Positions 14,336 to 28,030 are shown, numbered from the stretch's first letter. The stretch: DNA of 64,000 nt from Eledone cirrhosa (GCA_964016885.1 OZ024750.1:25482001-25546000); one strand, 5' to 3'. Notes: generated by a model from the sequence alone, not told the origin. Program-made: numbers and translations.

Positions 14336-14704
14336 CATGGTGGTGGTGTGGATAGTGGTGGTGGTGGTGTGGATAGTGGTGGTGGTGGTGGTGTGGATAG
14401 TGGTGGTGGTGGTGGTGGTGTGGATAGTGGTGGTGGTGGTGGTGTGGATAGTGGTGGTGGTGGTGGTGGCGGTGTGGATAGTGGTGGTGGTGGTGAACAG
14501 TGGTGATAATGGTAGGGATGAGCAGGATGCTGGTGGTTTAGTAGACGAAAACTGCCGACACCCATCATATGTATGTATGTGTGTATGTATGTATGTGTGT
14601 GTGTGTGTCACCATGTAATGGTGATCTCTCTTACTTGCATGGGAAATGGCTGTCACATGCTGAGGCCAAACAGAACATGTGACTAAGTTCTGCTCATACA
14701 CCTT

Positions 14705-14880
14705 CATCATCATCATCATCGTTTAACGTCCATCTTCCATGCTAGCATGGGTTTAGACGGGAGGCAAGATTGGTTGTCTTGCTCGTATAGGACTGTCTGG
14801 CGGGTTTTCTACGGCTGGATGCCCTTCCTAACACTAACCATGTTTACAGTGTGGACTGGGAGGTTTTTACCGTGTTACCT
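14705..14880 (-). mobile_element. RTE 3' tail fragment (similar pieces at 1125-1330, 22240-22450, 44240-44440, 50985-51140)
   Basis: (atc)n followed by gtttaacgtccatcttccatgctagcatgggtt and ctggatgcccttcctaac. Confidence 0.75.
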
Positions 14881-14944
14881 AGATATATATAAATATATAT
14901 ACACACACATGTGTGTGTCATGTATGTGTATATATATACATATG

Positions 14945-15084
14945 TATTTGAAAAAAAGGAAAAGAATGACTTCACTTGTAGTGTTAAATAATTTGATTTA
15001 ATTTTATAATATTATAATATTATAAAATTAAATCAAATTATTTAACACTACAAGTGAAGTCATTCTTTTCCTTTTTTTCAAATA
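14945..15084. repeat. Perfect 140-bp palindrome with no spacer
   Basis: Checked base by base; symmetric about 15014/15015. Confidence 0.95.
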
Positions 15085-15198
15085 TACCTAACTGTACCAA
15101 GGATCTCACATTTTCCAACATATATATATGTATATACACACACACATATATATATATATATATACATATATATATACACACACACTCATACAATCATG

Positions 15199-17401
15199 TT
15201 TTACAACGTGAGGACCAGAAACAGGAGGTATTCAAGATTGCGAGGCAGTGTGTCAGAGATAGTTGTGATGTCATTGGAGAGAAGTGTATCCGGAATGATA
15301 AAGGTGAGCTTGCCCTCACAAGTGCTGAGAAGAAAGATGCATGGAAGAGTCATTATGATAGATTACTAAATGAGGAGAATGCATGGGAAGAAGAGACCCT
15401 ACCCCACGTAGACCCTATAGAGGGACCAGCAGTACAAGTCAGCGGCAGCGTAGTAAGTAAGGCAATCAGAGATATGAAGATAGGGAAGGCAACCGGTCCA
15501 TCGGGTATAGCTGCCGAGATGCTGAAGGCATCTGGGTCTGTAGGTCACACTATAACCACACGTATCGTTAACCAGGTAATACTAGAGGGGGCCATACCAA
15601 AAGATTGGTGCAGTAGCATCATTGTCAACTGCTACAAAGGTAAAGGCGATGCACTAGATAGAGGAAACTATAGAGGTATAAAGTTGATGGACCAGGTCAT
15701 GAAAGTAACAGAAAGAGTTATAGCACAGCTGATTAGGGACCGGGTGAATATAGACGAGATGCAATTTGGGTTTGTTCCAGGGAAAGGCACCACTGATGCG
15801 CTCTTCCTTGTGAGGCAATTACAGGAAAAGTACCTAGCTAAAAGTAAGCCACTCTACTTGGCATTTGTCGACCTTGAGAAAGCCTTTGACAGAGTTCCAC
15901 GTGCAGTAATCTGGTGGGCTCTTAGAAAACTAGGAGTAGATGAATGGCTTGTGAAAGCGGTACAAGCCATGTATAGGGGAGCAGTCAGCAAAGTTAGGAT
16001 TGGCAATGAGTATAGCGAGGAATTTAGCGTACAGGTTGGGGTCCACCAGGGCTCTGTTCTTAGCCCTCTCCTGTTCATCATAGTCCTGCAGGCAATAACG
16101 GAGGAGTTTAAGACCGGATGCCCATGGGAACTCCTGTATGCTGATGACCTCGCACTCATAGCTGAATCTATGGTAGAACTAGAGAATAAATTCCAAACCT
16201 GGAAGCAGGGACTAGAGAGAAAGGGCCTCAAAGTCAACATGACAAAGACTAAGGTCCTTATAAGTAGACGAGAAAACAGAACCCAGATCCCCTCAGGGAA
16301 ATGGCCTTGCTCAGTATGTAGGAAAGGTGTAGGTAGGAACTCCATTCTTTGCCCCAAATGCAAACAATGGGTACACAAGAGATGTAGCGGGATCTCAGGA
16401 AGCTTAATTAAGAATGTAGGATTCACATGCAGCAGCTGTGCTGAAACAGCAAGCAAACAGCCACAGGAAACAAGTACCACCAATCTCTGGGAGGGCCCTG
16501 TAGAAACAGTAGACAGCTTCTGCTACCTAGGTGACCGAATTAGCAACGGAGGTGGGTGCTCAGAAAGTACAATAACTAGGGTAAGAACGGGATGGAAGAA
16601 GTTTAGGGAACTACTACCACTGCTAGCTGCAAAAGGCTTCTCCCTCAGAATGAAAGGCAGACTGTATGATGCGTGTATCCGAACAGCGATGTTGCATGGT
16701 AGTGAGACCTGGGCGCTGAAGGTGGAAGACCTACGTAGATTAGAGAGAAACGAAGCCTGCATGCTCCGATGGATGTGTAACAGTAATATACGTGAACGAC
16801 AAAGCATAAATGAATTGAGAGAGAGACTGAGCATAAGAGGAATCAAATGCTGCGTGCAGGAGAGGCGGTTACGCTGGTATGGACATGTGATGCGTATGAA
16901 GGATGACAGCTGCATAAAAAGGTGCAGAGCACTAGAAGTTGATGGAAACCGCGGAGTGGGGAGACCCAAGATGACTTGGGATGAGGTGATAAAAGCCGAC
17001 CTTACCCAACTACACCTCTCAAAGTCAATGACACACGACCGTGACTTCTGGCGTCACGCAGTAATACAGGGTACCCGACCTCCCATGGGTACATGCTGAA
17101 GCATATAAACAATATGCCCCCCCCCCCCACCGCAAGGTGGTCGTGGAGGTGCCACGGCAAAAAAGCACCCAGCCCACACTGTAAAGTGGACGTGTAGGCG
17201 CCACGAAAAAGCACCCAGCACTCACTGTAAATGAGGTTGGTGTTAGGAAGGGCATCCAGCTGTAGAAATCAAGCCAGATCAGTTCCTGTATGAGCAAGGC
17301 ATGGTCAGCCGACCAGACACTGCCCACAACAGGACAACCCGTCTAACCCATGCTAGCGTGGAAGAACGGACGTAAAACGGTGATGATGATGATGATGATG
17401 A
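15199..17401 (+). mobile_element. RTE-clade LINE, 5'-truncated (no APE domain), open RT + PHD finger + C-terminal ORF, 3' UTR and (GAT)n tail
   Basis: Open frame to 17099 with RT motifs (GNYRGIKL, QFGF, FVDLEKAFD, GVHQGSVLSP, YADD, YLG) and an RTE C-terminus (RLRWYGHV..GRPKMTW). The 3' UTR ends in ggacgtaaaacggtgatgatgat. Confidence 0.95.
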
Positions 17402-17747
17402 TATCATCATTTCATTTTACGTCCGCTTTTTCCCTGCTTGCAAGGGTGGGACGGGAACTGATTCTGGCTTGATTTCTACAGCTGGATGCCCTTCCTAACA
17501 CCAACCTCATTTACAGTGAGTGCTGGGTGCTTTTTTTCCGTGGCGCCTACACGACCACTTTGCAGTGGAATAATATGGACCCCAGTCCCTATCATCTCAT
17601 TTCTACAGCTGAGTAAACTGGAGCAATGTGAAATAAAGTGTCTTGCTCAAGGAAACAACACATCACCCGGTCTGAGAATTGAACTCACAACCTTTCGATT
17701 GCAAGGCCAATGCTCTAACCACTAAGCCATGCGCCTCCATGTGTATG

Positions 17748-17785
<38 letters not shown>

Positions 17786-17901
17786 CATACACATACATAC
17801 ACACACTCATACAATCATGTATGTATATATAAATATATATACACATACATACACACACTCATACAATCATGTATGTGTGTACTACAGACCCACCATCTCA
17901 A

Positions 17902-17945
17902 TTCTACTTTTGAAAAGCAGAAGAACTGCGAAACCGGTAAAGGAA
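17902..17945 (+). ncRNA. Hammerhead-like motif with U3-A8 core inside a dispersed repeat (17885-18010; second copy 54850-55080 on -)
   Basis: ctt-TTGAAAA-gcag aagaa ctgc-GAAAC cg GTA/aag; identical core in both copies. Confidence 0.5.
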
Positions 17946-18008
17946 CCAAATAAATATATATTTAAAAAAAAAAAGACTCCAGTTGCATTTTCAATTTCTT
18001 TTTTTTTC

Positions 18009-18056
<48 letters not shown>

Positions 18057-18081
18057 CACACACATGAGTGTGTGTATTATG

Positions 18082-18127
<46 letters not shown>

Positions 18128-18151
18128 TATATATATACATACACACACTCA

Positions 18152-18185
<34 letters not shown>

Positions 18186-18502
18186 ATCATCATGTCATTA
18201 TTTCAATTTACATCCGCTTTTCCCTGCTTGCAAGGGTGGGACGGTAACTGATTTTGGCTTGATTTCTACAGCTGGATGCCCTTCCTAACACCAACCTCAT
18301 TTACAGTGAGTGCTGGGTGCTTTTTTTTTTTTTTTTTTTTTTTTTTCGCCGTGGCACCTCCACGACCACTTTGCAGTGGAATGATATGGACCCCAGTCCC
18401 TATCATCTCATTTCTACAGCTGAGTAAACTGGAGCAATGTGAAATAAAGTGTCTTGCTCAAGGAAACAACACATCACCCGGTCTGAGAATTGAACTCACA
18501 AC

Positions 18503-18539
<37 letters not shown>

Positions 18540-20829
18540 ATATATATATATATATAAATATATATATATACATACACACACTCATACACACATAAAATTA
18601 ACTATATCCTTTTAAGGAGGTGATCCAGGATGGCTGCCATCTATTGACTGGACTGAAACCAGTATAAGAATACAAGAATATAATATTTAAAATTAAAATT
18701 CAAATGTTTCTATATTCCAGTCTGAGTTATGTTGGCAAGAACAGAATAACTTATCAAGGTGACTTCAGTGAGTAAAATAGTTTGAGTTAGTTACAGCACA
18801 TGATACCTGTTTGAAGAACACTGCTGCTAAGATAAGCAATCTCTCTCTTTCTCTCTCTTTCATATATATATATATATGTGTGTATGTGTGTGTGTGTGTA
18901 TGTATGTATGTATGCATGTATATATATATATATATATACACACATATATATATACCTACATACATCTAGCAACTACTAACAGATGGTATGGTAAAGGCTT
19001 GAAAAAACAAGGAACATATTGTCATTAAGTATGATTCTGTTTATCATTATAGCTTATTCCAGCACCGATACCTAGTTTTGATATGAGACAGGACTAGCCT
19101 GTTGTAATAAAATAGAAACAATAGAATATTTATGTGTACAACTTCAGCTAAATCAATGCTTACTTTAACACTGAATACAGAAATAGAAGATTGGAAATAA
19201 TGTAAACTTGCTTCATTAGGCACCAAATGCTAAGTTTAGTTATAAAGAAGATCAGAGAAAGGAATATACCCAAACTAACTCATAATTCTGTAAGGAATTT
19301 GTGTTTATATAATTTACAGCAATAGCTTAAATGTGCTGTAAAGGTAATAAAAAGAAGCAGAAGCAAAATAAAGAATATTATATGAAGGTGACTTTGCTAA
19401 GTGAAATAATGAACAGTTCCAGTAAGCTGAGATATAAAAGTCATGGCGGTGTAACAAAGAAGCGTTAGGTAATATTTTAGTCTGATCTGTAACTCCAGAT
19501 TCGGTCAGCCAATTAGAACACTACCTGTATATAAATAATAAAGATAATCAAAATAAATAACAGGTGTACAAAGACTTAGTAATTGTGTCATGAGGTATCA
19601 TCTAATCAGAGGATAATTATTACAAACAATATTGGTAGCTAATAAATGTATGACATAATTAGAATTCAGAATGTAAAATTACTAGAAATATCAACCCTTT
19701 AGTATTTAAACTGGCCGTATCCGACCAGAATTTTCTCACCTCTTTCTGTTCTAACTGGTTGTAACCAGCCACTCATACTAACATTAAGGTATTGTTCTCA
19801 AAATAAATAAAAACATCATCAAGATCTCATAGATTCCATATTGTGTGAGATAATTATGTAAGATAAAGCCTTTACCATGAAAATATAATAGAGTAATGTA
19901 AATGCTAAAGGGTTAAGGGATTAGAAGCCCTTAGAAACAGAACAAAGAGAAATCATATTTTTTTTATAAAAAAAATAAAAATGATAACATCACTAATATA
20001 AATTAAAATTCACGAAAAGATGAAAAGTTTTTAAAAACTAAATAATTGCAAAAATAAGATTTTTGTTGTTGTTGATGATATTTATTTAAATTTTCCAAGG
20101 AAGTTCTGGGCAGAGTAGATGATGTGAGTTGGTCTCAAGGTGTTGAACATCAGAAGGGAGATGGCACAGAAAAGAGACAAAGTGGAAGGACACTGTGTAA
20201 GAATACCAGGACTAAAGAGGTTCGTAAGAGTTGGTTTTAGGATGTTGAACCTAACAAAAGAGATAACTAAGGAAAGAGAAAAGTGGGGGGAAGATGTGGA
20301 AGAGGAAGACCTGGAGATGACAAAGGAAAGATACAAACAGAGAGACACTTTACTAGAGAAGACTTATCTACCCCATGAAAGTATAATAATAATAATAATG
20401 AAATTATTGTGTACAGTGCTCAGGTGCACTAAAATTCATCAAAGGTGCATGTATAGAAAAGTGAACTTAAAAATAATGATGATCAATCATTTCAGTTTTC
20501 ATTTGAAAGAAAAATTTATTCCATATAAAATACATTTCTTTCTTTAAATATATTCCATATAAAATATATTTCTTTCTTTAAATATATATAACAGACCTCA
20601 TTTGCGTAACGAGTTGGATGGAGCTCATCAAATCAGACCGAGGAAATAATGTTTCCGTTGGTCTGTCCAATTGTGAATACTATCTGCTGGTCGCAAATCC
20701 AGGCAGAACGAGCAACATGAAATAAAGTGTCTTGCTCAAGGACATAACGTATCGCCCAGGCTGGGAATCAAACTCACAACCTCACAATTGTGAATCTAAT
20801 TCTCTAACCATTCAGCCACGTGCCTTCAC

Positions 20830-21428
20830 AATATATTCCTTATAAAATATATTTCTTTCGTCAAATCCAAGTCTCATTTCTTCAAATATATTCCTTATAA
20901 AATATCTTTCTTTCTTCAAATCCAAGTCTAATTTCTTCAAATATATTCCTTATAAAATCTCTTTCTTTCTTCAAATCCAAGTCTCATTTCTTCAAATATA
21001 TTCCTTATAAAATCTCTTTCTGTCTTCAAATCCAAGTCTAATTTCTTCAAATATATTCCTTACAAAATATCTTTCTTTCTTCAAATCCAAGTCTAATTTC
21101 TTCAAATATATTCCTTACAAAATATCTTTCTTCAAATCCAAGTCTAATTTCTTCAAATATATTCCTTATAAAATCTCTTTCTTTCTTCAAATCCAAGTCT
21201 AATTTCTTCAAATATATTCCTTACAAAATATCTTTCTTTCTTCAAATCCAAGTCTAATTTCTTCAAATATATTCCTTACAAAATCTCTTTCTTTCTTCAA
21301 ATCCAAGTCTAATTTCTTCAAATATATTCCTTATAAAATCTCTTTCTTTCTTCAAATCCAAGTCTAATTTCTTCAAATATATTCCTTATAAAATATCTTT
21401 CTTTCATCAAATCCAAGTCTCATTTCTT
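20830..21428. repeat. ~55-bp minisatellite
   Basis: aatatattccttataaaatatctttctttcttcaaatccaagtctaatttcttc repeated. Confidence 0.9.
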
Positions 21429-23958
21429 TAGTGAGATCCTAATATATTGATTTTTGTCAAAGAGATCAAACACAATTCCTTCTTTTAGCACTCAATATTG
21501 TGATGTTGAAGAGAAGACAATGAAATAAATCAATATATTTGATTCAGAAACCTAAAGCTCCGATACATGGCGACTGGATTTCCTTCTAAAGTAATGCATC
21601 ATCTCTGTAAGCCACATTAAATCTTAACAAAGCAATTCCATACTCCAACTCTTTGTATAACGGTGATATATCAGCAATAGTGAACATTATTTCCACGGTG
21701 ATTTTAATCACATATTGATGAATGTTTTAGAAATCACTGAAGCCTTAACTTCAGATACAAATTTATAGAACAACATAGCTCCAATGGAAACCATCACCAT
21801 CATCATTACTACAACCATCATCATCATCACCATTACTACAATCATCATCATCATCACCATCACTACTACAATCATCACCATAACCATCATCATTATCATC
21901 ACCATCACCATTACTACAACCATCACCATCACCATCACTACTATAATCATCACCATAACCATCATCATTACTACAACCATCACCATTACTACAATCATCA
22001 CTATAATCATCATCATCATTACTACAATCAGCGCCATCACCATCAGCATCATCATTACAATCATCAACATCATCATCACCATCACTACTAAAATCATCAC
22101 CATAACCATCATCATTACTACAACCATCACCATCATCACCATTACTACAATCATCACTATAATCATCATCATCATTACTACAATCAGCACCATCACCATC
22201 AGCATCATCATTACAATCATCATCATCATCATCATCATGACCATCATCATTTAATGTCTGCTTTCCCTGTTAACAAGGGTTGGATGGGTCTTCACAGACT
22301 GAGTCAGTACTGAGGTGGAGCCACTGACCTCCCAGACATACCAGGGGATGGTGGGGAGGGGGGGGAGGTCCACTTCTCACATACATACGGTCCCATGTTC
22401 TACTCTAAATGCCCTAGCAAGAGAGAGGCTGTCATGCCTTTGACACAACTGAAATATAAGCTCCCTTACCATCCTCCGAGGAAAACGCCTTCTCCATTCT
22501 GTCTGCCGGAGCTGTAGGGAGGCCATCAACATGATTACTTAACCTTTTCATTACCATATTTCTAACTTAACCATGTATTATTGTGTTTGTTTGATATTTT
22601 TGTTAGCTGTGTGGTACTTTCTCGTTAAGCTGGTGTTTGAAACAAGTTAAGATGGTTCTTATTATAGCAGGTTATATAAATGTATTTTATATAAGCATTA
22701 ACGCTTTAGCATTCACATTACTCTATATATATACTATTATATTTTCATGGTAAAGGCTTTACCTTACATAATTATCTCACATAATATCGAATCTATGAGA
22801 TTTTGAAAGTATTTATTTTGAGAACAATACCTTAACATTAGTTTGAGTGACCAGTTACAGCCAGTTTCAACAGAAAGAGGTAGAGAATTATAGCCGGTTT
22901 TGGCTGGTTTGAACATTAAAGGGCTAAAAAGAATAATGGTTTCTGATTTAGGCACAAGGCCAACAATTCAGGGAGAAGGGAAAGTAGATTAAATGGACCT
23001 CAGTCTGTTTCTGGTACTTTATTTTATCAAAAGGATGAAAGGCAAAGCCAACCACAGTGGGACCTGAAATCAAAACACAAAGGGCCGTAACTGATTTCAA
23101 ATGTCGCCAAGGCCAGCCCTGCCCTCCACCCCCATGTGGTTGACAAAACAATAATAATAATTCTTCTTTTCTTCAGATTATTTCACAAACATGAATCCAA
23201 TGTTACAATTTCTTCTTCTTATTATTATTATTATTTGCCCACTTATTCTTGAGAGTGTCGTGAGGGTAGAGTCTTCAAACACTCCCTACAGCGGGTCCTG
23301 TCAGAAGCAACCATCCAGCTGGATCCCCAAGTGAGACCAGCCAAGCTCATGGATGTTATCCAACCATCCAGCTCAGAGTCTACCCCTGGGTCACCTATCT
23401 ATTGGTTTTGCCCATTAAAATCTGTCCAGCAATTCTTTCCTGAGACTTTCTAACCACATGCCCATAGTATCAGAGCTGTGATCTCTCAATTTGGAGAAAT
23501 AACGAACAGCTAAATATGGGTGATAAGAAATAGTGCCAAACATTTTCTATTCACCTTTGGGAAAGAATATGTTACATAAATATTTCACCTTAAGTTACTC
23601 TTCAATAAACAGGATTATTTTGGAGGAGAACTCAAGATAAACACTAAAAGGTTCAAAACACCCCAAAAAAAAACAAAAAAACTAACTAATAAAAGTAAAA
23701 TAGACCAACACCACCACCCAAGCAGAAAGATTTGGAAAAATGCCTAACAAGGCTAATTTAGAAAGGAGTTAATAGGGGTAGATGCTTGTGTGGTACCTTG
23801 GTTGATTAATAGAGAAGTTAAAAAGGATACATGCCTGAGTGGTACTCTGGTTGATCAACATAGTTTCTTGCTTTGGTTCCAAATTGATTCTTCTCATACA
23901 CAATGGTAAATTTGGAATAGAAGCACAAAAATACCAGCAAAATTGAAAGGAAAGTATG

Positions 23959-24026
<68 letters not shown>

Positions 24027-24859
24027 TGAAAGTAGGGGATCGACTGCAAGCTCGGGCAGTTTTGGTTAGTTACATCTTTCATTAACTATCTACTTTAACT
24101 AATATACCCACTCTGCATCATACCATGCATTGAGTACTTCTCTGATTTATGGTCTCTCGAGTCCTCAAGTACTGCAGACGTTCAAAATGTGTGTATGTGT
24201 GTGTATGTGTGTGCATATATAAATTTCAATTAGAATCATGCTTATACAGTATAACTTACAAAAATACATCTTAACCCTTTATCATTTAAACCGGTCATAT
24301 CCAGCCAGAATTCTCTCACCTCTTTCTGTTCAAACTGGTTATAACTGACCACTCTTACTGATGTTAAGGAATTGTTTTCAAAATAAATAACATCAAAATC
24401 TCATAGATTTGATATTATGTGAGGTAATTATGTGAGATAAAGCCTTTACCATGAAAATATAATAGTAAAAATAGAGTAATGTGAATGCTAAAGAGTTAAA
24501 CAGAATGCCTCTACCTGGTCACTTAACCTATTAGAAATAACAGGCAAATATCCCTGAAATCACAGTCTACTGTATTGATAAATGAAAGGGCACATAAAAA
24601 CAAAACAGAACTAAACTTTCATATATAGAATTAAATGTAGGACACTTAAGATATGTGAAGGAAAGGGTCAGTTAGACCTGGAGATAAAAACACATGCAAA
24701 AGAGAAAGCATTTCTATGAAACCTATGGTATGGAAAAGATAAATAATAGATACTTATTTTTCATCAAATATTCCTAATTTACAGATTTTCTTGTTTTTGT
24801 GTAAAATAATGTCCAATATTTTATTTAAACATCTTTTATTTTAAGATAGTTGAGACTGC

Positions 24860-25208
24860 CATCCAGATGTCCTATAAATATTTCACATCTTTTGGTCTTC
24901 AAGATCTGTTCAGGTTGTGTCCTCCAGATGTCCTATAAATATTTCACATATTTTGGTTTTCAAGATCTGTTCAGGTTGTGTCCTCCAGATGTCATATAAA
25001 TATTTCACATCTTTTGGTCTTCAAGATCTGTTCAGGTTGTGTCATCCAGATGTCATATAAATATTTCACATCTTTTGGTCTTCAAGATCTGTTCAGGTTG
25101 TGCCATCCAGATGTCCTATAAATATTTCACATCTTTTGTTTGTCAACATCTGTTATTCTAAGACTGTTCAGGTTGTGTCACCCAGATGTCATCATATAAA
25201 TATTTCAC
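24860..25208. repeat. ~60-bp minisatellite
   Basis: ccagatgtcctataaatatttcacatcttttggtcttcaagatctgttcaggttgtgt repeated. Confidence 0.9.
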
Positions 25209-25308
25209 AGTTTCTATTATATTACATGTGAACAGATCAGTTATTCTCTCTGGTGCAGGATTGACTGACATGACATAGTAGAATATATATATATGTGTAT
25301 ATATATGA

Positions 25309-25339
<31 letters not shown>

Positions 25340-25954
25340 AATGTATGTGTGTGCATATATATGAGTGTGTGTATATATATATAAATGTGTGTGTGCGTGC
25401 TTGTAGCAAGCTGTTATTGTTCTAAACAGAGCTAACCTGTTGCTTCTTTCTTGAAAGCCTTCATTTCTATATATAAGGACAGCTTTTATTATTACTTTTC
25501 TCCAGTTAGACTTTAACGTGTTTATGAAGATTATTACTTTCTTCATGATCAACTTGATGTTTGGAACATAATAGAAAGTTCTTTTAGGCCACTGACAGCG
25601 AAGTTCTTGTCATCGTTGGTGGCTTACATAACAAACTGACCATTTCTGGCTCAATTTGATGTTTAATTATATTATGGTAGAAATATTTCAAATATATGTG
25701 AAGTTAGAATAGATATTAATCTAGAGTTTGAACAAAAATGCAAGAAATGTTAGTTGTCTAATATAATTATATTTTGATAAGAGATAGAAATATGTGATAA
25801 ATAAAAAAATTGAGACAAAATACTTTACTAAGTTGCTTTCTAAATATTTACTTACTGATTTTGATAAAATATCTCAAAATTTGTATAATTTCAATTAGAG
25901 AAAATATTAAAAGGATGATAGCTCAACAAGTATTTTGAGGCCATTTTCTCTGCT

Positions 25955-26215
25955 AAAATAGGAACTAACCTTTGAGGTACCATAAACAGGAACTAACCTT
26001 ACAGGTACCATGAATAGGAACTAATCTTATAGGTTTCAAATTTAGGAACTAACATCATATGTACCATAAATAGGAATTAACCTCACAGGTACCATAAATA
26101 GGAATTAATCTTATAAGTAGCATAAACAGAAACTAACCTATAATCAGAAACTAACCTCATAGGTACCTTATAAAGGAATAAACGTCATAGGTACCATAAA
26201 CAGGAGTTAACCTGA
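25955..26215. repeat. ~28-bp degenerate minisatellite
   Basis: aaataggaactaacctcataggtaccat repeated. Confidence 0.75.
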
Positions 26216-26451
26216 AAGTTACCATTACTAGTTTCATACACTTCATAATATCCTTTTTGAAACAAAGTTTTACAAACAGAAGCCCTTCTTACTGACACAC
26301 AAGGAAATAGTGAAGATACAGTGTAGATATATATAGGGAAACTGTGTAGATATATGAGGAAACGGTGTAGATGTAGAAACAGTGTAGATATATGAGGAAA
26401 CAGTGTAGCTAGTGTGCGTGTGTGTGTGTGTATATATATATATGTATGTAT

Positions 26452-26776
26452 GGAGGCACATGGCTTAGTGGTTAGAGTATTGGCCTTGCAATCGAAAGGT
26501 TGTGAGTTCAATTCTCAGACCAGGTGATGTGTTGTTTCCTTGAGCAAGACACTTTATTTCACATTGCTCCAGTTTACTCAGCTGTAGAAATGAGATGATA
26601 GGGACTGGGATCCCTATCATTCCACTGCAAAATGGGCGTGGAGGTGCCACGGCAAAAAAGCACCCAGCACCCACTGTAAATGAGGTTGGTGTTAGGAAGG
26701 GCATCCAGCTGTAGAAATCAAGCCAGAATCAGTTCCCGTTCCACCCTTGCAAGCAGAGAAAGGTGGACGTAAAATG
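26452..26776 (+). mobile_element. Full-length tRNA-head CORE-type SINE with RTE-derived tail (family A); copies at 17403-17738 (-), 18184-18506 (-), 32572-32860 (+), 51158-51499 (-), variant at 5200-5511 (-)
   Basis: A box tggcttagtgg, B box gttcaattc, CORE-like ccttgagcaagacacttt...ctcagctgtagaaatgag. The 3' half is shared with the RTE 3' UTR at 17135-17280. Confidence 0.88.
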
Positions 26777-26904
26777 TTGAAAAAAAAAAATATAGGGAAA
26801 TAGTGTAGATATGTAGATATATGAGGAAATTGTACCAAGTGTAGGAACTAGATACCCACAGAAAAGATGATAAAGATTCAATAAGAAATCATTGTTATAT
26901 GTAA

Positions 26905-27420
26905 ACTGGGAGTTTTAAATATGTGTATAGTGTGTATATATCTATATTTGGGGCTTCAAATATGTTAGTAGTGTGTATATAGTTGGGGCTTCAGATATGT
27001 TAGTAGTGTGTATATATCTATTGTTGGGGCTTCAAATGTGTTTATAGTGTGTATATATCTATAGTTAGGTCTTCAGGTGTGTTGATAGTGTGTATACATC
27101 TATAGTTAGGGCTTCAGGTGTGTTTATAGTGTGTATATATCTATAGTTGGGGCTTCAGGTGTGTTTATAGTGTGTATATATCTATAGTTGGGGCTTCAGG
27201 TGTGTTTATAGTGTGTATATATCTATAGTTAGGGTTTCAGGTGTGTTTATAGTGTGTATATATATAGTTAGGGCTTCAGATGTGTTTATAGTGTGTATAT
27301 ATATATATATACAGTTAGGGCTTCAGGTGTGTTGATAGTGTGTATATATATAGTTAGGGCTTCAGATGTGTTTGATAGTGTGTACACATCTGTGTAGTTG
27401 GGGCTTCAAATGTGTTTGAT
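26905..27420. repeat. ~41-bp minisatellite
   Basis: tatagttggggcttcaggtgtgtttatagtgtgtatatatc repeated. Confidence 0.9.
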
Positions 27421-27964
27421 ATATTACATATATACTCCTTCTGTTAAAACTGCATATATAAATAGACAGGGTATACATGTCACACTTGCTGCAATTCTCT
27501 TAAACCTTTATAAATAGATGTGGTATACATGTTGTCATGCTTTATTTGAAAGTGTTCTTCGAAATTTGATATAAGTAATCTTATGTGGGTGGAAGAGTCT
27601 TTCTCTCTCTACCTCTCTCTTGCAGTCTACCTCTCTCTCTCTACCTCTCTCTCTCTTGCTCTCTCTATGAAACACACATACACACTCACAGAGAGCAGTT
27701 TCTGTGGATGGTAATACACCAGGTAGTACTAAGACCAGGTGAGAAAATTAATGATTAGGCACAAGATATGAAGGTATCATCAAGTGTGCTGTAATAGCAA
27801 AAAGAAGAACCATCACCAGAGATACAAGTAAAGCTGTTATATAGGAGGAAGTTAGTTGGCTGAGCTTAAGTATCATTTACCATAAACAGCCAGATTTAAC
27901 TCCAGCTTGCTAACACTAATATCATTTGCTATTTAAGTTACCAAAATGTTAGATCACTTATATA

Positions 27965-27997
<33 letters not shown>

Positions 27998-28030
27998 GGG
28001 TGTGTATGTATATATATATGTGTGTGTATG

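Noticed and set aside
15054-15198. N-terminal 48 aa of the 681-aa ORF
   Set aside because: Read-through from the palindrome and microsatellite; RTE homology begins near 15199.
18614-18628. aaggaggtgatccag, matching the reverse complement of the bacterial 16S rRNA 3' end
   Set aside because: Only 15 nt with unrelated flanks; treated as coincidence.
19060-19660. Unique-looking stretch possibly coding (also 25430-25650)
   Set aside because: No long ORF in the track and no recognisable homology.
26452-26525. tRNA genes at SINE heads (also 38740-38770)
   Set aside because: A/B boxes are present but there is no complete cloverleaf; the SINE heads continue into SINE bodies.
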